Assembly (NCBI GenBank): GCA_964016885.1 | Contig: OZ024741.1 | Coordinates: forward strand, 49,290,001-49,354,000 | From: Eledone cirrhosa | Taxonomy: Eukaryota | Length of the DNA: 64,000 nucleotides | Reading direction: 5' to 3' | Part shown: in pieces, positions 1 to 13,448 of the stretch | Numbering within the stretch: the stretch's first letter is position 1 | Layout: the number at the start of each line of letters is the position of its first letter | The notes under the pieces: model-generated | Told to the model about the DNA's origin: nothing | Database searches by the model: none | Seen by the model: only the letters and a program-made list of their open reading frames with translations | Program-made: the position numbers and the translations under genes

Positions 1-127
1 TCAGCGTGTGACCAACAGTTTCCAGACGGTTTCTGCCTACCCAATTCCACACACATGGTAAATGAAATTTGCCCAAGATACGGATTGTATCGAACCGAGC
101 GAACTTCTTAACGATTCTGCCATCTTG

Positions 128-196
<69 letters not shown>

Positions 197-346
197 GTGT
201 GTGCGTGTGTGTGTGTGTGCGTGTGTGCGTGTGTGCGTGTGTGTATGCCGCGGGTTCAATCGGTGGCAACCACAGTAAGTAAGGTACTCAATACATAACA
301 GAGTATAAATATTTAATATAGAAATGGCTTCTGCAGGACTAGAACT

Positions 347-748
347 GTGGGCCGAAATTCCGATTCTCGATAATTTATTTGTATTTATATATATATATAT
401 ATATATAAATACAAATAAATTATCGAGAATCGGAATTTCGGCCCACGAAATAACGAAACACAATCTTCGAAATGCGTGGCAAAGGGCTCAGTAGTTTGGA
501 TAAACCAGAGCTATAACTATCGTTTAAATACTAACACACGGAGACAATGCTTAAAATCACTCGCACAGCCGAAAAAAACGACCAGGAAAATTCGGGTCAG
601 ACAAATAATAATATAAATGAATGAAAAATCTTTACCCGGACCCACTAGAATGATGGTAAATTCCAGCTTTTTGGTTTCTGCGTTTCCTAAATCAGTTACA
701 TAAAAAAATATTCGGCCTCTGGCAGAAAGATGAACGAGGAAAACCACT

Positions 749-752
<4 letters not shown>
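347..752. mobile_element. (TA)n-anchored interspersed element with inverted terminal duplication; homologous to 53217-54092
   Basis: 347-446 is a palindrome centred on (TA)n. The right arm continues (ggcccacgaaataacgaaa...ccagagctataac...ggtttctgcg...cctaaatca...ccactttct) colinearly with 53217-53545. Confidence 0.6.
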
Positions 753-786
<34 letters not shown>

Positions 787-793
787 GTATATA

Positions 794-868
794 TAGGGTA
801 TCTCAACAAATGTATACACACTTTTATTAGAATGCTGTTGAAGTGTGTATACATCTGTTTCGGACATC

Positions 869-873
<5 letters not shown>
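794..873. mobile_element. Tc1/mariner-type mini-MITE in (TA)n
   Basis: Imperfect TIRs tagggtatctcaacaaatgtatacacactt / aagtgtgtatacatctgtttcggacatcctgta with TA flanks; half-copies at about 940-972 and 1030-1055. Confidence 0.55.
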
Positions 874-908
<35 letters not shown>

Positions 909-967
909 GAAAAGTATAGAGATTATTGTATGTGTGCGCGTTTGTCTATACATTTGTTTGGGACATC

Positions 968-1018
<51 letters not shown>

Positions 1019-1226
1019 TGTGTGCGCGTGTGTCTCTATATATTTGTCTGGGCATATACACACACATATACCCATATACACACATACACACATATTTGCA
1101 TTGTGGGAGATTTTTCTCTGAAGACCTGCTGTCCAACTCTCCTGGGAATTACCACTGTATATATATATATATACTGAATAAAAAAAATGGCGTAGACATA
1201 CAACACAACAGGAGGAAAATATAACA

Positions 1227-1275
1227 CCACTGACGATGTTGCAGATGTGCAACGAAAGATTTATGTAAATTATGT
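1227..1275 (+). ncRNA. Partial hammerhead-like motif
   Basis: CTGACGA (1230-1236), t, gttgca-gatg-tgcaac stem, GAAA (1254-1257), then hairpin gattta-tg-taaatt. No clear NUH or stem I partner. Confidence 0.3.
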
Positions 1276-1471
1276 AAACTATATATATGTGTTTGTGTCT
1301 ATATTGTATCTGTATTATTTTTGACCGTCGGTCAGTCAGTGGCAACATTGAGGACCGAGTAAGCTAGATTACAGATATAAAAGACAGCGAGAAGCGAAAA
1401 CCAACCAAACAGTGAGTGTGTTCTGTTATTAATTCTGGCAATTTTACACAAATATGACCCTTCCCAAGTAT

Positions 1472-1547
<76 letters not shown>

Positions 1548-1578
1548 GCGAGAGTGTATACATACATCGGTTTATGTG

Positions 1579-1609
<31 letters not shown>

Positions 1610-1858
1610 ATGTGTTGGCCAATATGCTGATGTTCTGATGTTACCTTCGTTATTCTATTCACTGACTTCCCACCGCCATCTTACTATCTCTCTGGACTCA
1701 GCAACATCTCTTCTGTCACCATATGTTTTAGATTAAATTCCATTTCCATGATGGCGGCGTCGGGGACATAGCTCATCTTTTCATTCTACTTAGTTTTTCT
1801 CTTTACCGCTATCCACTCTTATTATCTCAGTCCTTTATCTTCCCCCAACACCGTCCTG

Positions 1859-2566
<708 letters not shown>

Positions 2567-2988
2567 CACGCACATATAACCCATACACATATACATATAG
2601 ATGTTTACACACAAACAACTCCTTCTGTCTACTCTGTACCGTCAACAATAATCTGTCTCTTTGTTAATTACTCGCAATGCTGGAAATGTTTTTGTTTTAT
2701 ATATCTCCTTATAATATATAACCAGCAATTTCTCTGTCTGTCTGTCCGACAGTGGAAACACGTGCGCGCGTGGTTGCTATCTCTCTCTCTCTCCAGCTAT
2801 CCCTCTCTTTTAGTCTGTCTGTTTCTCTCACTCACACTCTTTCTCTTTGTAACACACTAACATTCCTCCCCTCTATCGCTGTGACGAATGGGGAGATGGA
2901 GGAGGAGGAGGAGGAGAGAGTCACTTTGTCACTTCACCTCTGCCTTTCTTTCTCTCCCCTCTCACTCCCTCATTACGTACAGACATTA

Positions 2989-3180
2989 GGGCGGTGGATT
3001 GGCAGAATCTGTAGAGAGTCGGACACCATGCTTCATAGCATGGAGTTACGTCCCTTTACGATCTGAGTTCAAATATCGCCGAGGTTAACTTTGCCTTTCA
3101 TCCTCACGGGGTCGATAAAATAAAGTACCAGTAATGTACTGGGTAATTGCTGGCCTTGTGCCAAAGTAGAAACAATTATT
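2989..3180 (+). mobile_element. tRNA-derived SINE, family A
   Basis: Head ggcggtggattggcagaatc, B-box gagttcaaat, conserved middle gccgaggttaactttgcctttcatcct...ggggtcgataaaataaagtaccag, tail gctggccttgtgcc...gtagaaacaattatt. More than 15 copies in the window. Confidence 0.85.
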
Positions 3181-3362
3181 AGAAACATTGCTTCATTTTT
3201 ACATATATATAAGTAAAATATAGTAAAATAACTAATAATTTCAAAAGTAATTTTTCAATTCCAATTGTTATGAACAGCAAAACATTAATAATAATTTTGT
3301 TCTAAGAAATATATATACATTTCTGTGTGTGTAATATATATATATATACATTTCTGTGTGTG

Positions 3363-3417
<55 letters not shown>

Positions 3418-3966
3418 GAAATATATGGGCATTTCTCTGTTTGTCTGTCTGTCTGTCTGTCCTTCCCTAAAACTCAAATGTAGGTGCTACATAAATATTA
3501 CCTTCCCCTTCCTTTCTCCACTTTGGTACTACCAAGAGAAACACTGTCGCTATAGAAACATTACCTTCCCCTCTCCACTGACTTTGGTCACTGCGGCCGA
3601 GGGAATCGATGGTTGCTATAGAGACACCTTGCACAAGCCAGAAGTAACCAGTTCGAGGCGGTTCTGACTTGACACCATGCCAAGGACCATTTGAAGATAT
3701 ATTTCCATCGTTATATCATAACGTTTATGTATCATAACGTTTATATTTCCGTCACTAATCTCTTTTTCTCCTTTTTCGTTTTAACATATATATATTTCAA
3801 AGATTTCACCGTATAGATAGCATATATATTTATACATGCATAAAAGACACACCGAGAGACGGTGAACATGTGGTGCCGAAAACATTTCTTATCCAAATCT
3901 CAACAATATCAGTATATACACTAGATTTGCTAGCAGAAAACCGCCCACCGGGTGGTTTTCTGCTAG

Positions 3967-4258
3967 TCTATATATATAAAACTGAGGATATCTGTCTGTG
4001 TGTGTGAGTTTGAATCCCTAAAACTCGAGAACCACACAACCGACTGTTTTCAAACTTTACACATGTAATACTTATGTTTCAGGGAGTGTTCTGAGTAAAA
4101 ACAATTTCAAATTTTCAATGCCCTAAGGACCGATTTAGCGATCTCTCTCTATAATTCTTAGTCTTTCTCTTTTTAGATAGATACATACTTATAACGTCGC
4201 GCCCTTATAATATCTGTCTGTATGTCTGACTGTCTGCATTACGTCACTTCCCTGAGGA

Positions 4259-4294
<36 letters not shown>

Positions 4295-4857
4295 TGTGAG
4301 TTTGAATCCCTAAAACTCGAGAAGTACCCAACCGACCTTTTTCAAACTTTACATGTGTATTACTTATATTTCAGGGAGTGTTATGCACATAACAAATTCA
4401 ACTTTTTGATCCTCTAGAGCCCGGATTAGTTGAAAAATTGCGTTTTTTCAGGTTTTTAGGGCTTTTTGAGTCGTTTTTGAGACTGATTTCCTTGAAATTG
4501 TAACTATGTATTAGTCAGTCTCTTCACACGGTGAGCAAAGAAAATCCAACTTTTTTCAGCTTTTCAACTTTTTAGGGCTTTTTTGAGGCGTTACATCTAG
4601 CCGATTTTCCCGAAATTTCAAGGCATATTATGCACATAAAAAAATTCATTTTCTTGATCCCCTAGGGCCCGCATTAGGTGAAAACCTGCATTTTTCCTGC
4701 TTCATTGAGGAAAATCTTAAAGATTATCCAGCCATCAGAGTATTCAGTTTATTTTCTTTACATATTGTCCAGGCATGCAGTTTTTCCACGATTAGGTCTG
4801 TTGGTGGCCCGCGTTCCAAAATACCTTATCCCGTATAACGCCGGGTACCACCGCTAG
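3967..4857 (+). mobile_element. Non-autonomous Helitron
   Basis: 5' TCtatatatataaa, 3' hairpin cccgtataacgccggg then CTAG|t, with internal sub-repeats. Abuts a 37-bp hairpin at 3930-3966 bounded by CTAG. Confidence 0.7.
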
Positions 4858-5011
4858 TAAAGTATAAAAGACACAATACGATAAATAAATAGTAACGTAA
4901 GTTCAATCCAGTGTAATTCGTAAGAAAAAACATTAGAAACAAGTGTATATGGTAATCAATTTTAAGCTATGAAGAAAAAACAGGAGTCTTCAACGTTTCG
5001 GACTGAGGAAA

Positions 5012-5337
5012 AGGGTAAGGTTTAAAGACCCCCTTCGGTCACGAATGGCCATGGAATTTGCACCTAGAAAGTTCCCTTCCGAGGCACAAGTCCGGGCAAG
5101 TTTGTTTGAGGAAGACTTGCAGTCACCCATGGATACCAATCTCCCCTTCCCACGCCACCGGTGTTATCAAAGGCTGATACAGCTTGGCACCAGTGACGTC
5201 GCAACTCATTTCTACAGCTGAGTAAACTGGAGCAACATAAAATAATATATCTTCTTCAAGAACAGAACGTAAAGCCCGGTTCGAGTATCGAACTCACAAC
5301 ATCACGATTGTAAGTCTGATGCTCTAGCCACTAAGCT
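5012..5337 (-). mobile_element. tRNA-derived SINE, family B
   Basis: Minus strand gcttagtggctagagcatcagac...gtgagttcgatactcgaacc head, followed by the ttatgttgctccagtttactcagctg core shared with 13672-13982. Confidence 0.75.
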
Positions 5338-5688
5338 TTCACACGGATTGAGTTACTTTATAAACCCCCCAAAAGAAACAAAAAAACGGAGGTGAAAATA
5401 TAAGTGGGGGAAGCGAATGTTCGTTGATAGATAAAATTCGTGTTGTGTTGTTCAATTCAAACAAATATAAAAAATATGCCCTGCCCTTACTGAAAATCTA
5501 ATGAGAAAGCATTTTATAACAATATGAATTCCGATTATTAATGCTAATCCCCCTAATCAGGGAAAGAGTAAGAATAGATCTCGAAATATCCTTTGGTATA
5601 ATCCAACTTTAATATCAGTTTAAATCTAAGAACAACCTCACCAAAGAATGTTTAGATTAAAGTTATTTTCACTTCCTGTCAAACCATA

Positions 5689-6048
5689 TACGAGGGTCCA
5701 CTGAAAACTTTATAGGTTGATTATGAAGGTTGATTATGAAGCTGTGAAATCTTGCATGCATTGATTTCAGCTCTTCTTATTAATAACTGTCTTGTTTCTT
5801 TCTGGGGACTATGTTGAAAAATAAACATCACTTGGTAATTCCATGAGAGTATCTTGGTCAGCCTACGAAGGAGTGATGCTAGAGTTGTGAAATCTTGTCT
5901 GCATTAATTTCAACTCTTCTTACTAATAAGTGCATTGTTTCTATCTAGGGATTAATGTTGAAAAATAAACCTTATTTGGTCATCCATGAGGGTGTCATGG
6001 TCAACATATGGACTTTTCAACTTATGAACCTTTCAGCCGACCTCCCTA
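5689..6048. mobile_element. Mariner-type MITE with two internal ~133-bp units
   Basis: ta|cgagggtccactgaaaactttatagg ... tatgaacctttcagccgacctccc|ta TIR-like ends. Same family as 10681-11142 and 55291-55663. Confidence 0.7.
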
Positions 6049-6390
6049 TACCATAAGTTATAGTATAAGCAGAAGGAAAGTTATAGTAAGCTATTCATAC
6101 TATAAGAACTCTGCCACTTCAATGCAAAAAAAAAGCAAAAAATAAAACGAAATAAAATAGAAGACGTAATTGTATTGTTCCGGACGACTGTCGTCTTCTC
6201 AGTAATTGCTTTCGCAAACATTGGTTTGTGTTATATACAGACAGATAACAACGCTGTATTCTAGACTTATAATAGATTGGACTAAGAACAAATCTTGCTT
6301 CTCCTTAACCTAATTTCAGCTACTCATCACTCTTCTTGGGTTTGCAGAATAATTAGGAGCGTCGGATAAAATGTCTGGCGGTCTATTAGA

Positions 6391-6549
6391 GCTGCTGCTG
6401 CTTCTTCTTCTTCTTCTTCTTCTTCTTCTTCTTCTTCTTCTTCTTCTTCTTCTTCTTCTTCTTCTTCTTCTTCTTCTTCTTCTTCTTCTTCTTCTTCTTC
6501 TTCTTCTTCTTCTTCTTCTTCTTCTTCTTCTTCTTCTTCTTCTTCTTCT
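6391..6549. repeat. (CTG)n(CTT)n trinucleotide microsatellite
   Basis: Direct reading; source of the poly-Leu ORF 6371-6733. Confidence 0.95.
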
Positions 6550-6608
6550 GTTCTCTCATATTTTATATATTTGTATTTGGGTTGTGTGTATAACGTTTAT
6601 ATGGTCAA

Positions 6609-6690
<82 letters not shown>

Positions 6691-6699
6691 TGTGTGTAT

Positions 6700-6782
<83 letters not shown>

Positions 6783-6802
6783 TTTTATTAAGGCTAAATA
6801 GT

Positions 6803-6860
6803 GAGTTTTGTAACTCTGGAGTTTCGCCTATTTTAAATCAGGGTCATTAGACAGGAACTT
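6803..6860 (-). ncRNA. Decayed type I hammerhead ribozyme
   Basis: Minus strand: agttcctgt CTAATGA ccct-gatttaaaat-aggc GAAA ctc-ca-gag TT acaaaact, then AATAAA and (TA)n. Core has G5>A and the triplet is GUU. Confidence 0.55.
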
Positions 6861-6869
6861 GTTTGATGG

Positions 6870-6905
<36 letters not shown>

Positions 6906-6927
6906 TATCTATATATATATATATATA

Positions 6928-7254
6928 CAGTAGTCCCCTATTCGCATGGGTTACGTTCCTAGAGCACTGCAATTATTGGACGTGGTCCACTAAAATGCAT
7001 ATAAACGTCAAAATATAACATAAAATATAATAAGGGAGCGTCTTATGCGAAGCAGCGTCCCATAGACCGGCAAAAACGGTATATTGTTATTAATTTAGCG
7101 TTAACAAATATATATTACCACGAAATAAGCCATAAAAAATCGAAGATATTTACGATTCCGCGAATATGCGGTGGTTTCCAGGAACAATTATTAGTTAGGT
7201 TCTAATGAAAATCCCGCGAATAACCGAGACCGCGAATACCGTGGGGGTACACTG
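6928..7254. mobile_element. pogo/Tigger-like MITE
   Basis: ta|cagtagtcccctattcgc ... cgcgaataccgtgggggtacactg|ta with repeated cgcgaata subterminal motifs. Confidence 0.7.
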
Positions 7255-7265
7255 TATATATTACG

Positions 7266-7296
<31 letters not shown>

Positions 7297-7316
7297 AGGG
7301 AGTGTGAGTCACTGTA

Positions 7317-7395
7317 GGTTCACCCGACGAGCTTTTGATTCCAGAGTCGGATCAGATCGATATCAGTAGCGAAACGCGCGTCACCAACCAATAAA
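7317..7395 (+). ncRNA. Type I hammerhead ribozyme motif, partly decayed
   Basis: ggttcac CCGACGA gct..tgat/atca..agc GAAA cgcgc GTC accaacc AATAAA. Palindromic stem III ACGCGCGT; U4>C; proximal stem I mismatched. Confidence 0.6.
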
Positions 7396-7689
7396 CGTAA
7401 TGAAGGATTAACCATTCGTCCTTGTATCATATATATATACCCCCCTCTCTCACTTCCTCCCGTCTGACCTGTGTGAAAACCTTTTCTCTCTCACTTTTCG
7501 CGTGGTTCGGACGTGTCTGCTCTTCTCGTCGATTGATTTGTTCAGACTTAAGTCCACAAGTATCATTGACTTGTCTCTCGTTTCCTCTCTTTACGTTGCA
7601 TTACTACTATGTTGTTTGTTTACACAGCAAGTAATGTTTTCCTGCCAATACTTCAAGTTTGTTGCCAACTGTTGTTACTTGTTTGCGTA

Positions 7690-7947
<258 letters not shown>

Positions 7948-8012
7948 AACACGTTTACACACACGCACATATATACATATGTATATATATATATGTATGT
8001 ATAAATATATAT

Positions 8013-8067
<55 letters not shown>

Positions 8068-8149
8068 TGCATACATACACATATATATATAGATATAAAT
8101 ATGTATATATAAATATGCATACACACACATATATATATATAATATATAT

Positions 8150-8200
<51 letters not shown>

Positions 8201-8248
8201 GTACACACACACACATATATATATATATACATATGTATATATATATAA

Positions 8249-8311
<63 letters not shown>

Positions 8312-8904
8312 GTTTTGTTAAAGCAGATGACTAGTTTCGTCAAGAAAAATGTCCCAATCCACCGTTTATGACATTTGATATTTTTCATAACAGTATCATG
8401 ACCAGCATTGATTACTGTATAAATAAGAGACTTGGCTGAGACAACAGGGAAATCTATAGCTACAATGTATCTGGTTTATCATTTAAATTCCGTATATCGG
8501 GCGGTTATGCAAAGGAGATGAATATTTTCTGTCATAATAAATAATAACTTTCTTCTTATTGAACGCATAATTGCATGTATCTGCCAAGCCTGTTGGACAA
8601 ACATATGTGTACCGTACTTCAACTGATGATAAAAGACGGAAGATGATTAGAGATATATAATGGTCTGTGTTTGTTATCTCCGCCATGTTGACTGTGCTGT
8701 AAGATAAGAGGAAGAAGCTATGTGTCGCTTCAGACATACAATTTTTCAACTGTGAATAAATTATGTCAGTTGGGTAAAACGCAAATATTCTTCCTTAGAT
8801 GCAAATATATCACTGATAGTTGTTTATCTTTAGATAGAAGTGTTGTTGATTTTAGTTAAGTTATTTTTTTGTTATTGGAGAATCCTTTAATACTATTATT
8901 ATTA

Positions 8905-10185
8905 TGGCAGTATCGGTAGAGCGTCAGACACCATGCTTCGCAGCATAGTTTATATCCTTTTACGTTATGAGTTCAAATTCGGCCGAGGCTAACTTTGCTT
9001 TTCATGCTTCCGGGGTCGATAAAATAAAGTACCAGTCACGCAATGGGGTCGATTTAATTGATTTTTCCCTGTCCTAAATTTGTTGGCTCTGTGTATATAG
9101 TAGAAATCATTATTTATTATTTACCTGGTGGTGAATTGGCAGTATCGGTAGAGGGTTGGTTGCCATGCGTTCTAGCATAGTTACGTCCTTTTACAGAGTG
9201 AGTTCAAATCCCGCCGAGGTTAACTTTGCCTTTCATCCTTACGGGGTCGATAAAATAAAGTACCAGTAATGTACTGGGTAATTGCTGGCCTTGTGCCTAA
9301 AGTAGAAACAATTATTTATTATTTACCTGCTAGCCGAGCTTTTACGAAGGGTTAAGCTTGGAAGAAGATTGAAACGTGGTAAATTATGCTAGAATTTACT
9401 TCGTCCCCGTGGATTATGCAGTTACAAAACCCCCAAATAAGGTTCCATTCAACTGGGCTCGATTTAATTTATTTCCCCTTCTCCCCAAATTGCTGGCCTT
9501 GTGCTTAAAGTAGAAACAATTATTATTATTATTATGGCAGTATTAAGGGCGGTGGATAGGCAGTATCGGTAGAGGGTCGGACGCCATGCTTTGCAACATA
9601 GAGTTACGGCCCTTTATGATCTGAGTTCATCGTTACGGGGTCGATAAAATAAAGTATCAGTCACGCACTGGGGTCTATTTCATCGACTTTCTCCTCTCCT
9701 CAAATTGCTGGCCTTGTGCATATATAAGAAACCATTTGGATTGGCAGTATCAGTAGAGCGTCGGACAACATGCTTTGCAGCATAGAGTTACGGCTCTTTA
9801 TGTTCTGAGTTCAAATCCTGCTGTGGTAAGCTTTGCCTTTCATCCTTACATGGTCGATAAAATAAAGTATCAGAAATGCACTGGGGTCGATTTAATCAAC
9901 TTTCCCCTCTCCTCAAATTGCTGGCATTATGCCTATAGTGGAAATATTATCATTATTTATTATAGGGCGGTGGATTGGCAGTATCGGTAGAGCGTCGGAC
10001 AACATGCTTTGCAGTACAGTTACGTCCCTTTACGGACTGAGTTCAAATCCCGCCGAGGTTAACTTTGCCTTTCATCCTTACGGGGTCGATAACAAAAAGT
10101 ACCAGTTATGCACTGGGGTCGATTTAATCGACTTTCCCCTCCCCCAAAGTTGCTGGCCTTGTGCCTATATAAGAAACCATTATTT
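8905..10185 (+). mobile_element. Head-to-tail array of about six family A SINE copies
   Basis: Copies start near 8905, 9126, 9450 (3' part only), 9547, 9737 and 9965, all on the plus strand. Confidence 0.85.
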
Positions 10186-10680
10186 ATCAAATCTCTTCCC
10201 TGGGCCATCAAAGGCTCCCCACTGTGAACTGGGCTTTCATTAGAGTTGTTATAATCACGAGTACAAAGCATGCACACCCACATACACATACATACATACA
10301 CATATACACACATACACCCCCACATACACACACATACACATTCATATATACACACCCATACACACGTACACATATACACGCACATACACACGCATGTACA
10401 CACATGTACACACACACACATACACACACCCACACACATACACACATACATACACACACACACGTACACACACACTCACACGCTTACATATACATACACA
10501 CATATAACATGCATACACATACATACGCACATACACAGATATACGCACTATGCTCATTTAAATTGTATAGCAGTCTTTCGTTGTGAAGGCAGCATGACCA
10601 AACAGTTAAGGAGTTCTCTTAGCAGTCGTTAGATCCCGAGTTCGATCTCACTGTGTGGCATCTGGGGTGAGTGTTATTTA

Positions 10681-11142
10681 TTAGGGTCGATTGAAAAGTT
10701 CATAAGCTGATTATGAAGGAGTGATGCTAGAGCTGTAAAATCTTGCATGCATTAATTTCAACTCTTCTTATTAATAACTGCATTGTTTCTTTCTAGGATT
10801 ATGTTGAAAATTAAACGTCGTTCGGTAATTCCACGAGAGTACCTTGGTCAGCCAATGAAGGAGTGATGCTAGAGCTGTGAAATCTTGCATGCAGTAATTT
10901 CAACTCTTCTTATTAATAACTGCATTGTTTCTTTCCGTGGACAATGTAGAAAAATAAATGTCACTTGGTCATTCCATGAGGGTATCTTGGTCAGCCTTGA
11001 TGCTAGAGTTGTGAAATCTTGCATGTATTAATTTCAACTCTTCTTACTAATCACCGCATTGTTTCCTTCTTGGGACTATGTATAAACCTCATTTGGTTAT
11101 TCCATGAGCGTATCTTGGTCAGCCTATGAACTTTTCAGGCGA
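10681..11142. mobile_element. Mariner-type MITE with three internal units
   Basis: gggtcgattgaaaagttcataagctga ... tcagcctatgaacttttcag; the unit tgatgctagagctgtgaaatcttgcatgc...ttggtcagcc occurs three times. Interrupts a SINE head at 10585-10680. Confidence 0.7.
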
Positions 11143-11388
11143 TCATCGTACCATAATATCGGAAGTAAAATTGGGTAGACCGAGTCTTTTTATTCCGTTG
11201 TATGGATTCTGACCAAGAATTACTTTAAAGGTACACGTGTTTGTGGACTGCTCAGTCATATAGACAATAATTTCATGAGCAAGCAGTTCCATTGATGGAA
11301 CAAATGGAATACGCATCGTTGAAACCGACGGAGATTCATTCCAATCTTTCGTAGTTGGAATATATATTTTTTGTTTCACTCGTTTGTG

Positions 11389-11468
<80 letters not shown>

Positions 11469-11627
11469 AAAATGAGGGTTTTTTTTATGAAAAAAAAAAA
11501 AAACGAGATGTCCTACACGAGTGAAAGTATAAGGAAAAGAAATCGAAAATGTAACTGGAGTCTTTTTATTTGTTTCCTTTACCGGTTTCACAGTTCTTAT
11601 GCTTTTCAAAAGTAGAATTGAGATGGA

Positions 11628-11667
<40 letters not shown>

Positions 11668-11669
<2 letters not shown>

Positions 11670-11776
11670 GAAAAATTCGGGACGCCGACGGCTGAGCTCC
11701 TGCCGTTTCAATAGTTAGATCCGATCTAGCTGTTGAAATGGCAGGAGCTCAGCCATCGAGGTCCAGAATTTTTCAT
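11668..11776. mobile_element. Short hairpin (palindromic) MITE in (TA)n
   Basis: atgaaaaattcgggac..cgacggctgagctcctgccgtttcaatagttagatc / gatctagctgttgaaatggcaggagctcagccatcgaggtccagaatttttcat. Related fragment at 15575-15622. Confidence 0.7.
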
Positions 11777-11858
11777 ATCACCTACTCTACTACTCCAAGT
11801 ATCAAGTACTCTGGTGAGTAATGATCTAACTGGTTTTTACCACTTCCATTCTGATACA

Positions 11859-11904
<46 letters not shown>

Positions 11905-11909
11905 CCATC

Positions 11910-11946
<37 letters not shown>

Positions 11947-11973
11947 ATCATATACATATATATATATACCATC

Positions 11974-12005
<32 letters not shown>

Positions 12006-12009
12006 CATC

Positions 12010-12069
<60 letters not shown>

Positions 12070-13252
12070 ACATATATATATAATGTGTTGGGCGAGATTT
12101 AGTTACTCCTATGCTTCATATTTCACTACTGCACTTAACTGGGACGAGATAAAAAGGATATAAGCTTTTGGTGATCTTTTATTTAATTTCCGAACCGCAC
12201 TCAACAGACATAAGTTAAACAATGTCAGGAATTTCTCACAGATATTGTTACCCCACCACCCCACCACTTCTTCAACCCGAGTCCTTGCACCACGCACACA
12301 CATACACATAACAAAAGGAAAAGAAAAAAAAAATGTCACCACCACCACCACAATCATCATCACCACCACCACCACCGCCGCCATCATCACCACCATCACC
12401 ACCACAAGCACCACCACCACCATCATCATCACCATTACCGGCACCACCACTTCAACCAACACCTCAACCATCACCACATAATTACAATAATAATAAAAAC
12501 AACCCAGTAGTACCAGAATTTCCTTTTCGTTGTCTGTCTCCTCTCGCTTGTTTTAACGGGAGATGGGTTGGAACAGTAGAAATCTAACTAGGGTACGTCA
12601 ATCGTTAGCTGCAATAACATGAGGACAAAAAAAAAAAAATCAAAAGAGAAACACAAACCAAAATAACAAAAACGATGAAATAAAAAAAAACAACACAACT
12701 GCGATAAATAATCCCTAAGGTATAATTTGATATCGAAAACAATACTAAATGAAATGGGACAAATGAGATTCTTACAGCATCGAAATGTTCTTAGAATCTG
12801 TTTGTTTTTAATTTATTTTTCTTACCCCACCACCTCCCCTAAAAAAAGAAAGAAAAAAAAAGAAATAAACAAAGAAGGAAATAAAAAAGAAAGAAAAAGA
12901 AAGAAAGAAAGAAAAAGAAAGAAAGGAAGAACGAGAAAAAGTTAGAAAGAAAAAGATAGTATTTATAGTCAGTTGTTGAAATTTTGGCAGATTAAGCCTT
13001 TTATGAGAAATTTAACTGGGGAAAAATCAACGAAAACCAGAAGGATGATAAAACCGATTAGCGCTTGCACAACTTAGTGTCTTGTTCAACCGCCATTTTA
13101 CTTTTAGTTTTGAAAACCGATTATTCACATTTTTATGTAAACACTTCTTTCTCCTTTAGTTTCTTTTGTTCCTTATGGGGCACTGGAAGATAATAGCTCT
13201 CCATTCAGTACGGTTGCATGCATTATCACGGACCTGCTCTCAGACCAGGCCC

Positions 13253-13448
13253 CAGACCTGTCAACTCTCCCCGCCTGACGAGGAGATCTACCACTCACTT
13301 TGGGGTGGGTGAAAGATGTCTTCTCTTGTGAAAATGGGTATAGCTTTCATTATGTAAAATCTCCCCATTTTGCCTCATTTCTCCCCATTTCGGGGCACTT
13401 TTTTTTCATGGTATTCCCCGTTTGGGTTTTTAGAGGTTGGCAGGTCTG
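13253..13448 (+). mobile_element. ~195-bp MITE with CAGACCTG TIRs (hAT/P-like ends)
   Basis: cagacctgtcaac ... gttggcaggtctg. Other copies at 52225-52416 (+), 48130-48305 (-) and partial 47670-47725 (-). Confidence 0.75.

Noticed and set aside
2989-3090. tRNA gene suggested by A/B boxes
   Set aside because: It is the head of a high-copy SINE and no cloverleaf is evident.
8325-8410. Minus-strand CGAAACTAGTC hammerhead-like half
   Set aside because: No CUGANGA with a closing stem II was found upstream.
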